NCBI GenBank assembly: GCA_963732005.1
Contig: CAVSXT010000003.1
Coordinates: 330,130 to 394,129, forward strand
From: an uncultured Acidobacteriota bacterium
Lineage (GTDB): Bacteria; Acidobacteriota; Thermoanaerobaculia; Multivoradales; UBA5704
Length of the DNA: 64,000 bases
Direction of reading: 5' to 3'
Position numbers and translations under genes: made by a program. The notes beneath the pieces were generated by a model that searched no databases, had not been told where the DNA came from, and worked only from the letters and a program-made list of their open reading frames with translations. Every line of letters starts with the position of its first letter. Positions within the stretch are counted from its first letter, which is position 1. Below, one piece after another: positions 38,521-46,088 of the stretch.

Positions 38521-39454
38521 GCTGAGTCTCCGTGCCGGCATCTCCCTCCCTTCGTCGTGAAGGGCGAGGATGCCACAGCGTCGGAGCCCAACTCGTCGCT
38601 CGTTCCGACCGGAAGGCGGCCACCCTTCCGATCGATGCCGGCCACCCTTCCGACGACCACCCACAAGTGGCCGCCTTCGCGTCGGAAAGGGTGGCCGCCT
38701 TCACCCCGGAACGGTGGCCGCCTTCACGTCGGAATCCCTGGCCGCCTTCATCCGGAATACGCATTCGTGAAGGGTATTGGCAAGATCGTCTACTTCGCGG
38801 CCTTCCCCACCGCCACCTATCGGCGTGCGTGGATGGAACGGATACATCGCGGCGACAACGGGACGGAGGTCATCTTCGTCGTCGACGGAATCAGCGCCTT
38901 CGACGATAGCGACCTGTGGACCGAGGCGATCGTTACCGTCAAGGACTTTCGCGTCGTCGATCTGCGGTTCGGAGACAGCAATGCCATCCTATCGGCGCCC
39001 GGCCAGACGATGAAGAACCTCGGCGTGGTCCTGAGCGACCTCAACAGGCAATACCAGGCGAGCCATCCCGCCCCTGCCGCGCCAACCCCCCCGCCGACTC
39101 CGACGCCTGCCCCTGTCCCGGCCCCTGTGGCGATCGACCCGCCCGCGCCCGCCCCGTCCGTCGTCCACATGACCTGGGTGCTGTCGAACCAGTGCGCCTA
39201 CAGCCCCGGCCTGAAGGCGCGTTTCTTCGATATCACCAGGAATTTTATCTGGCCGGTCGACCGGGAAAGGGTCTTCACTCTGGCGCCGCGCACCACCCAG
39301 GAGGTCACCATCGACACCTACAAGGGCGACAAGGTCTGCATCGGTGCCTCCTACCTCTACAGCGAGGACTCCTATTGGGGCGTCGGTCCGTCCAACAACC
39401 ATGACTGTCCGAATTGCTGCGCCGTCGCGACCGGCGGCAGGGTCGATTGGCCGA

Positions 39455-39660
39455 TCACCTGTAACTGAAACTGGGTGCAGGCTCGGCGGGGCCTGCACCC
39501 GCCGGAAACGCGCGGCTCGCGGCCGGCGCTACTTGAACACGCCGGCGAAAGCGAGCAGCACGATCAGGACCAGGATCCCGAGGCAGATCCGGGCGGCGGT
39601 CATGAGGTGGGTGCGGCCCGCCGGGCGGCCGCCTTTGACCCTGATCCCGGACAGCACCAC
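39455..39660. repeat. Copy 1 (truncated) of a direct repeat of about 205 bp, with more than 95% identity to 44058..44275.
   Basis: Near-identical by eye. It starts at GATCACCTGTAACTGAAAC, the last 15 nt of the upstream gene plus its stop. It diverges after CAGCACCACC. On the minus strand it encodes only the C-terminal 44 codons of the small membrane protein. Confidence 0.8.
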
Positions 39661-39925
39661 CTGATTGTAGGTCGTGAGTGGCAGAGCGCGTCGCCTGGCA
39701 CCTGCGGGATGTGCTCGGCGGCACCAGCCTGACCGACGAGCTGATCGAGGAACGGCGTGCCGAGGGCCGCGAGGCGGACGCGGACGATCCCCGGGCTGGC
39801 GTTTGGGAGGGCTGATGGCGCACGCCCCCGTTCACTTGCCCCCCGAAGATCCGGACCGTTTCGCCAGCCCGGCTGCAGAGAAGCGGCGCCGCCGGGCTGG
39901 CGCAGCAGGAAGGGGTGAACGGTCG

Positions 39926-40293
39926 TCAGGGCAGCGGACCGGACCAGCACTGGCACTGCCACGTCACGCCGTCAGAGCAGTTGTTGCCCAGGGGCGGTAG
40001 GCATTGCCCGGACCCACCGCCGAGCTTGGTGCACCCGGTGTGGAGGACCGCGCCCTGGCACGGGTTCTGGCTGCAGCTGCCGCAGGTGTCGAAGTTCGAC
40101 AGGAGCTTCGCTGCCGGGACGACATTGGCCTTCGCCGGGGTGCTGAGGTTGGCGCCACAGTTGAGCGACGCGATGAATTCGGCTGGCGAGAGGACGGCCG
40201 CGCGGGCCTGTTCGGCCTGCAGTGCCGTGACGCCGGCGGTGGCCACGACCCACAGGATCCCCGCGACGAACAGAGCGAATCTGGCCTTCATTC
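39926..40293 (-). CDS. Small secreted cysteine-rich protein (122 aa). Paralog of 35017..35370.
   Basis: AGGAG RBS. Signal peptide MKARFALFVAGILWVVATAGVTALQA. Shares the TCG[PS]CS motif and a C-terminal [KQ]C[NQ]C with the 35017..35370 protein. Confidence 0.55.
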
Positions 40294-40435
40294 CTCGGCT
40301 CCTTTCTTGAAAGTTTAGGCGATTGGGTGTCAGTTGACACCAATCAACGTGACGCCTCGATATACCTAGCCTGCCGCTTCTCTGCCTCTTAATGCCCCAC
40401 TTGACACCGTTCAAGAACGGACATAGACTCCTTCC

Positions 40436-41329
40436 ATGTTCACCCTCCGGCAGCTCCAAGACCGCTTCCAGACCCAGGACGACTGCCTGGCCTACCTCGT
40501 CTCGATGCGCTGGCCCGATGGCGTCTACTGCCCCCGGTGCGGCACCGACGAGAAGGTCTACAAGCTGGCGAAACCCTTCAAGTGGCAGTGCAAGGCGTGC
40601 GCGAAGAACGGCTACAAGTTCTCCCCGCTGACCGGCACCGTCTTCGAGAACACCAAGTTCCCCCTGCGTGATTGGTTCCAGGTGATCCTCATCATGTGCC
40701 AGGCCAAGAAGGGCATGAGCGCCTTGCAGATCCAGCGGCACATTGGCATGGGCCAGTACCGTACCGCCTGGTACATGTGCCATCGCATCCGCGCCGCGAT
40801 GCAGGACCCTGCCTTCCAGCAGCTGACCGGCGTTGTGGAAGTGGACGAAACCTACGTCGGCGGGAAGGCCAAGAACCGCCACGGCGGCGGGATCGGCGGC
40901 GGCATGAAGAAGGGCCAGGGCGGGCGCGGCGCCGCCGGCAAGGTCGGCGTCATCGGCGCCATCTCCCGCAAGGGCAACGTGGTCTGCCAGGTGATCGAGG
41001 CGACCGACGCCAAGACGCTGGAAGGCTTCGTGGACAAGACGGTCGCGGATCGCGTCTCCCTGGTCGCGACCGACGAGCTTCCGACCTACAAGCGGATCGG
41101 CAGCAAGCGGCCCCATGACTTCGTGAACCACACGGCCGGCGAGTACGTCCGCGGCGAGGTCCATACCTGCACCATCGACAGCTTCTGGTCGCTCATCAAG
41201 CGCGGCATCATGGGCAACTTCCATCACGTCTCGAAGCGGTATCTGCCGCTCTATCTCAACGAGTTCTCCTTCCGGCACAACAACCGCGAGAACGACGACA
41301 TGTTCTCTACCGTCGTGGCGGGATCGTGA
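40436..41329 (+). CDS. IS1595-family (ISXO2-like) transposase.
   Basis: N-terminal zinc-ribbon (CPRCG...CKAC) and a DDE domain with VEVDETYVGGK, VATDELPTYKRIG and YLNEFSFRHNNR. A GTGA-overlapping 60-codon ORF follows (41326..41508). Confidence 0.85.
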   Translation: MFTLRQLQDRFQTQDDCLAYLVSMRWPDGVYCPRCGTDEKVYKLAKPFKWQCKACAKNGYKFSPLTGTVFENTKFPLRDWFQVILIMCQAKKGMSALQIQRHIGMGQYRTAWYMCHRIRAAMQDPAFQQLTGVVEVDETYVGGKAKNRHGGGIGGGMKKGQGGRGAAGKVGVIGAISRKGNVVCQVIEATDAKTLEGFVDKTVADRVSLVATDELPTYKRIGSKRPHDFVNHTAGEYVRGEVHTCTIDSFWSLIKRGIMGNFHHVSKRYLPLYLNEFSFRHNNRENDDMFSTVVAGS

Positions 41330-41696
41330 CAGGCTCCGGTGCCAAGAAACCGCCGGCCGCTCCTCGCAAGAGGAAGAAAAGAGCCGGCCCCGTGAGCCTG
41401 CACCCGCTGAGCTTCGATGACGCGATGCGAGCATTGCTAGCGGTCAAGCCGACCAAAGAGCCAAGGGAGCGAATTGATGATAGTAACGAGACGGAAGATA
41501 ATTCTTGACCCGCATGATGAATCGCTCGTAGATGCCGCAGTCGCAGCTATGCGCGCAGCGGTTGATGGTGCCCATAGACCAGCAGCCGCAGCGAAACGAC
41601 TCGCCGTTGTAGCTACAGGGTATCGCAATCGCGGCAGAAAGGCGGCAAGGCGCGCGCATCCGTTCATGGGGAGATGCGCCGCAAGCGGCTTGCCGC

Positions 41697-42719
41697 TTGC
41701 GGCGCATGACGCCGAACTCGATGAACGTGAGCCGGGCCTGGGTTATGCAGGTGCACTTCGATGGGTCTGCCAGAAGGCTAACAATTCCGGAAAGCGCAGC
41801 TGTGGTGGCTGCTAGACCTGTGAAGGCTGGATGGCGCATCGCCGCCGCCCTCATAGCCTGCTGCTTTGCCGGCGTGATCATGGCGCAGTCACAGCCACCA
41901 GCTCCAGCTCCACTTAAACCCGATCAGAAAGATCAACACAAGACTACTCCAAAAGAGAGCGAAGCTGAACCCAAGAACCAACCTACCGAGCCACAGTCTC
42001 CCGCGGTCGATCAGGGAAGCGCCGAGGCGACAGCCAAGAATCAGGACAAGGCCACTAGCGCACGTAAACCCGACGCGCAGTCCTATCGGTGGTCCGTCGC
42101 TGCCATCATCTTGAATCTCGTTTTCACCGGTGGGCTTGTCTGGCTCATGTTTTTGCAATGGCGCGCCATGCAGGAGCAGGCCAGGTATATGAAAGAAGGC
42201 TTGACGGAGACTCGCAAGGCTGCGGATGCCGCCGCCGCCGCTGCTGCCGCTGCTAACGTTAGCGCCGAAGCCGCCAAAGCTAGTGCTGAGGCTACCAAAG
42301 AGAGCATTGACCTTGCCTTTCGTGCGTATATTTTCTGCGAGCAGGTAGGGAACCCAATCGAGGTCGAAGGTGGCGACGCCAAGGTGGAGGTGATCGCAAG
42401 GAACTACGGTCAGGGTCCGGCCCGCGATGTCATGAGTACGGCCTATGCAGATGTCGTGAATGACCCCGCAGAGTTTATCTTTGATGAGACGCCAGTTGAC
42501 GGCGACCGGGCCGGCCTTCTTGCGCCAAAGCAGAGATTTAGCTTCGAGATACTCATACCACAGGAACTGCGCCCGAAGCTCGGGCAGGACACTCAACTGG
42601 TCATTGGAGGCGTCATCAGCTATACGGATTTTTCCGGGAAACAACGTACGACGCATTGGTGTCAGCGGCGCGTCGCGGGTGGGTGGGAAGCGGTTCTTCG
42701 TCTCTACAAATATACCTGA
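41697..42719 (+). CDS. Hypothetical membrane protein in a lower-GC patch. Possible signal/anchor, an Ala-rich coiled region, and one central TM helix.
   Basis: Long ORF with coding-like composition. TM helix WSVAAIILNLVFTGGLVWLMFLQW. The true start is uncertain; an internal GTG/ATG near VKAGWRIAAALIACCFAGVIMA is possible. Confidence 0.4.
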   Translation: MRRMTPNSMNVSRAWVMQVHFDGSARRLTIPESAAVVAARPVKAGWRIAAALIACCFAGVIMAQSQPPAPAPLKPDQKDQHKTTPKESEAEPKNQPTEPQSPAVDQGSAEATAKNQDKATSARKPDAQSYRWSVAAIILNLVFTGGLVWLMFLQWRAMQEQARYMKEGLTETRKAADAAAAAAAAANVSAEAAKASAEATKESIDLAFRAYIFCEQVGNPIEVEGGDAKVEVIARNYGQGPARDVMSTAYADVVNDPAEFIFDETPVDGDRAGLLAPKQRFSFEILIPQELRPKLGQDTQLVIGGVISYTDFSGKQRTTHWCQRRVAGGWEAVLRLYKYT

Positions 42720-42733
42720 GAACCTACTGTCTG

Positions 42734-42955
42734 CTAGTCCTCGATCCCGAGCAGCCGCCGCAGCGCTTCCCGCATGATCTCCGATTCCGCCCGCCGCTCC
42801 CGGTAGGCGCGCTCCCGGAGCGCCTCCGCTTCGTCTCCATGAAGCCAGAGGGTCTTCCTCACCATCCCCGACGCTGACACCGTCGTCTTGCCCCCTCGCG
42901 GTCCCTCCGCGCTCCTGCTGGTCTTCTTCGCCATGGTGTTCCCCATGGTACGCAT
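42734..42955 (-). CDS. Ribbon-helix-helix (CopG/Arc/MetJ-like) DNA-binding protein; antitoxin-like.
   Basis: KTLWLHGDEAEALRERAYRERRAESEIMREALRRLLG is a typical RHH beta-strand plus two helices. Divergent from the 42999 gene. Confidence 0.6.
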   Translation of the reverse strand: MRTMGNTMAKKTSRSAEGPRGGKTTVSASGMVRKTLWLHGDEAEALRERAYRERRAESEIMREALRRLLGIED

Positions 42956-42965
42956 CTACGCTTGA

Positions 42966-43000
42966 CGTAGGTGCGTATCTACGTATAACGTTCCCTGCAT
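42966..43000. promoter_or_regulatory. Imperfect palindrome in the divergent promoter region, a candidate RHH operator: GTACGCATCTACG-CTTGA-CGTAGGTGCGTA, followed by TCTACGTA.
   Basis: Inverted half-sites CGCATCTACG / CGTAGGTGCG lie between divergently oriented genes. Confidence 0.4.
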
Positions 43001-43310
43001 GTCCGATTCCGTGGCGGTCGCCCGCGCTCAGGCTGCCCTTGGAGAGATCGCCTTCGAGCTGCTCGCCCTGCAAGAGCGGCTGGAAGCTCTCAACCGAACT
43101 CTGCCGGTGCCGGCCCACCAGGACGCCATGCTCGAAGACGAGATCTGCCCTGACCTGGGTACCGAGGTATCCGGGTGCATCGAGTGCATCGCCAACGACT
43201 ACCTGCTGGAACTCATCAAGATGGCGGAACAGGCTTCCCGCGTCACCGCGCGTGACTTGCAGCGGGACTTCCGGGAGAGGCAGAAGAGGCGCCGCGCCTG
43301 GGGTCGCTGA
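42999..43310 (+). CDS. Hypothetical 103-aa protein; basic C-terminus.
   Basis: ORF with good codon usage, divergent from the RHH gene and upstream of the SymE-like gene. Confidence 0.4.
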   Translation: MSDSVAVARAQAALGEIAFELLALQERLEALNRTLPVPAHQDAMLEDEICPDLGTEVSGCIECIANDYLLELIKMAEQASRVTARDLQRDFRERQKRRRAWGR

Positions 43311-43475
43311 CACTCGGTCGGCGGTGCTCGACGCGGCATAACTCGGAGAGGGGGTGGCGAACAGCCAAAGGACACACCAGGAGAGAACAGCGATAGGGGT
43401 CGCAGCAACCGGCGCGCGCCGCGCCTGGGGCCGGCTGCCGCGATGATCGACAACGGGAGAGAGGGGGGAAGCCTG

Positions 43476-43694
43476 ATGACGCCTGAGAAGCGCCGGCTGA
43501 CTGTCACCAACCGCAGCCAGCACGGGGAGTACGTGCCGCAGGTCCGGATGACCGGCTGGTGGCTGGCGACGGCTGGATTCCCAACAGGTTCGCGGCTTGC
43601 CATCGCCGTCGAGCAGGGGCGGCTGGTGGTGACGGTCGTCGCACCACCCGACCCGCGACGGTGCCCCAGGTGCGGCCGGTGCGGCAGAGCTTAG
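43476..43694 (+). CDS. SymE-like toxin (AbrB/SpoVT-fold, type I TA family).
   Basis: RRLTVTNRSQHGEYVPQVRMTGWWLATAGFPTGSRLAIAVEQGRLVVTVV parallels the E. coli SymE core ([49 protein letters not shown]). A GGGAGAGAGGGG RBS is present. Confidence 0.6.
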   Translation: MTPEKRRLTVTNRSQHGEYVPQVRMTGWWLATAGFPTGSRLAIAVEQGRLVVTVVAPPDPRRCPRCGRCGRA

Positions 43695-44057
43695 TGCATC
43701 TAGGCTTCCGTATCTGGTGCCAACTGAGGCACAATCGCCAAAGTTTACTATCCGAGAGTCCCTGCACCCGCTTTGCAGACAGCCGACAGCGGGTCGCATC
43801 GCCCCCGGTATCGTCAGTGGCGCCACTGCCCCCAGGTGCACATATTCAGCACGGAAGACTCTAACCAGTTGCTGAGAGGAATGCGATACCCGGTGGTCCT
43901 GTCGCAGCGGAGCGGAGGACGACTGGGGTGTGCCGAGGCGTGTCAGGAAGCTGCGCGACCGGGCGGTCCTGATCGCCGACAAGTCCGGCTGAGTGCCGGA
44001 TGCCGCGCCGCCCGGGCCCATCTCGTGTGCCACAAACGACATCGAAGTCCGCATCCA

Positions 44058-44275
44058 AGATCACCTGTAACTGAAACCGGGTGCAGGCTCGGCGGGACCT
44101 GCACCCGCCGGAAACGCGCGGCTCGCGGCCGGCGCTACTTGAACACGCCGGCGAAGGCGAGCAGCACGATCAGGAGCAGGATCCCGAGGCAGATCCGGGC
44201 GGCGGTCATGAGGTGGGTGCGGCCCGCCGGGCGGCCGCCTTTGATCCTGACCCCGGACAGCACCACCAGGGCGAT
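44058..44275. repeat. Copy 2 (complete) of the direct repeat of about 205 bp.
   Basis: See copy 1. It again begins with ...ATCACCTGTAACTGA (ITCN-stop). Confidence 0.8.
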
Positions 44276-44314
44276 GGCCACGACGACGACTCCGAGAATG
44301 ACGATCCAGCTCAT
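44135..44314 (-). CDS. 59-aa two-helix small membrane protein.
   Basis: AAGGAGAG RBS. MSWIVILGVVVVAIALVVLSGVRIKGGRPAGRTHLMTAARICLGILLLIVLLAFAGVFK. A truncated second copy sits in the repeat at about 39.5 kb. Confidence 0.55.
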   Translation of the reverse strand: MSWIVILGVVVVAIALVVLSGVRIKGGRPAGRTHLMTAARICLGILLLIVLLAFAGVFK

Positions 44315-44443
44315 GGGCTCTCTCCTTGACCGCTTGCTTGCAAGTCCTGCTCAAGGCGTAGGCCTTGCAATCTTGGGACCCGGCATCGCCTTCCATACCG
44401 GTCTGCTATCTTCGACCGGACACGAGGAAGAGGAGAACCGGCC

Positions 44444-45466
44444 ATGGGCAAGATGAGAGCGATGGAGATCCGCCAACCGGGCGGACCCTTCGAGCTGGTT
44501 GAACGTGAAATCCCCGAACCCGCCGCCGGCACCGTGCGAGTCAAGGTCCAGGCTTGCGGCATCTGTCACAGCGACTCGCTCACCAAGGAAGGCTATTGGC
44601 CCGGCATCGTCTACCCGCGCGTACCCGGTCACGAGGTCGCCGGCGTCATCGACGTGGTGGGCGACGGCGTCGCCGGCTGGGAGGTCGGCCAGCGGGTCGG
44701 CATCGGCTGGCACGGCGGCCACTGCGGCCACTGCGAGTCCTGCCGCCGCGGTGACTTCGTGACCTGCCGCATCGCCCCACAGATCCCGGGTATCACCTAC
44801 GACGGCGGCTATGCCGACTACATGATCGCCCCCACCGGCGCCCTCGCCCTCATTCCGGACGATCTCGTCGCCGCCGATGCCGGCCCGTTGATGTGTGCCG
44901 GCATCACCACGTTCAACTCGCTGCGCCACAGCGGCGCCCGGCCCGGCGACCTGGTGGCCGTGCTCGGCATCGGCGGCCTCGGCCACCTCGGCGTCCAGTT
45001 CGCCGCCAAGATGGGCTTCCGCACCGTCGCCATTGCCCGCGGCGCCGACAAGGCCCCCTTGGCCGAGAAGCTCGGCGCCTGCCGCTACCTCGACAGCCAG
45101 GCGCAGGACGTCGGCGTCGAGCTCACCGCCATGGGCGGCGCCAAGATCATCCTCGCCACCGTCACCAACGGCGAAGCGATGACCGCCACGCTCCCCGGCC
45201 TCGGCATCGACGGCAAGCTGATCGTCCTCGGCGCCGCCAGCGAGCCGCTGGCCATCCCCGCCCTCCTCCTCATCGGCGGCCGCCGCTCCATCCAAGGCTG
45301 GCCCTCCGGCACTTCCATCGACTCCCAGGACACCATGGCCTTCAGCGTCCTCCACGGCATCCGCGCCATGGTCGAGACCTTCCCTCTCGATCGCGCCGCC
45401 GAAGCGTACGACCGCATGATGAGCGGCAAGGCCCGCTTCCGCGTCGTGCTGACGACCGGACACTGA
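44444..45466 (+). CDS. Zinc-dependent alcohol dehydrogenase (MDR superfamily).
   Basis: GHEVAGVIDVVG, structural-Zn CGHCESCRRGDFVTC, Rossmann GIGGLGHLGVQFA. Confidence 0.85.
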   Translation: MGKMRAMEIRQPGGPFELVEREIPEPAAGTVRVKVQACGICHSDSLTKEGYWPGIVYPRVPGHEVAGVIDVVGDGVAGWEVGQRVGIGWHGGHCGHCESCRRGDFVTCRIAPQIPGITYDGGYADYMIAPTGALALIPDDLVAADAGPLMCAGITTFNSLRHSGARPGDLVAVLGIGGLGHLGVQFAAKMGFRTVAIARGADKAPLAEKLGACRYLDSQAQDVGVELTAMGGAKIILATVTNGEAMTATLPGLGIDGKLIVLGAASEPLAIPALLLIGGRRSIQGWPSGTSIDSQDTMAFSVLHGIRAMVETFPLDRAAEAYDRMMSGKARFRVVLTTGH

Positions 45467-45714
45467 CCGGCGCCGGGATCCCAACTGGCGGTGAGTAACC
45501 GAGGACCCCGGCAGGCCGCGGCCGGGTGGGCGCTCGCCCGCGGAACTCTGGTCGCCCCCGAAAGGCGATTCGTGGCGCTCGGCGGTCAGGGGTCCGGCCC
45601 ATAGCGATATAAGCACTCTTGATGCAAGCGATATAAAAGCAATTATTGATGTAGCGGATGCTCCTCGGCAGCGATACCCGTACCCGCCGGATCGGCGGCA
45701 GGCGGCGAGCACCG

Positions 45715-45800
45715 GCGCCGGATTGAATACCTTTCGAGTCGTCTATTCCACCAGCCTGCCGCTGGATTGAATACCTTTCTGCTCGCCTATTCCGCGAGCG
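45715..45800. repeat. Two tandem imperfect direct repeats of about 37-40 bp (GGATTGAATACCTTTC..G.CG.CTATTCC.C.AGC).
   Basis: Seen by eye in the AT-richer leader, roughly 300 bp upstream of the FAD oxidoreductase gene. Confidence 0.6.
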
Positions 45801-46088
45801 CGCCGCCGCCGGCAACCAGCATGCCGCCAGCCAGCGAACGGGTCGTCCAAAACCACGCCGGAGCGCGTGATTTCGTCTTTTCCGGCTATCGCCGGCCGCG
45901 CCGCGCCGCACCCGGCGCGCCGCCCATCGTCATCGCGTTGTAACGGCAGAATTGACTAGCTCCGCATTTTGTCCCGCCGCCGGCGGGATGGTGCACTAAG
46001 CAACTGACCTTCGTGCCGATTCGAGCGCTTATTGATTCAAGAGTGCTAACAGAGGCACTTCTTATTTGCTTTCTAATGGAGGGTAAAC

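Larger units (their letters stand above)
35864..38762 (-). mobile_element. IS21-family insertion sequence (istA-istB), about 2.9 kb, flanked by the 6-bp direct repeat TTCGTG.
   Basis: The termini TGCGGATTCCGACGAAGCCGGCCACC (left) and the reverse complement of ...GGTGGCCGCCTTCACGTCGGAATCC...CCGGAATACGCA (right) are imperfect inverted repeats. Both ends carry multiple GGCCACC / GGTGGCC sub-terminal repeats. TTCGTG occurs at 35858-35863 and 38763-38768. Confidence 0.7.
35767..39468 (+). pseudogene. Secreted protein gene interrupted by an IS21-family insertion. Its 5' fragment is 35767..35863 and its 3' fragment is 38763..39468.
   Basis: The gene has a GGGAGGGA RBS and the signal peptide MLRKLIWAATAAAVLLSAEAARA. 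The coding sequence runs in frame up to the IS left end. The same frame resumes immediately after the IS right end (FVKGIGKIVYF...). The two junction codons TTC GTG form the 6-bp target-site duplication. Confidence 0.6.

Noticed and set aside
37030-39468. An 812-aa plus-strand ORF spanning the IS21 element.
   Set aside because: Most of it is antisense to istA. Only the last 235 codons or so (after the IS right end) are real coding sequence, as the 3' fragment of the disrupted secreted-protein gene.
39926-41434. A 502-aa minus-strand ORF.
   Set aside because: It is antisense to the IS1595 transposase. Only its 3' 122 codons (39926..40293), which have their own AGGAG RBS and signal peptide, are accepted as a gene.
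41326-41508. A 60-aa ORF after the IS1595 transposase, considered as an independent gene.
   Set aside because: No RBS. The Lys/Arg-rich low-complexity translation is more likely a frameshift-accessible tail, or non-coding. Kept only as a note in the findings.
43970-43990. An apparent extra A (GACAAAGTCC) relative to the ORF-track translation (which requires GACAAGTCC).
   Set aside because: This is probably a transcription or indexing artefact in my reading. It is noted only because it limits hand-derived coordinates to about +/-1-2 nt.
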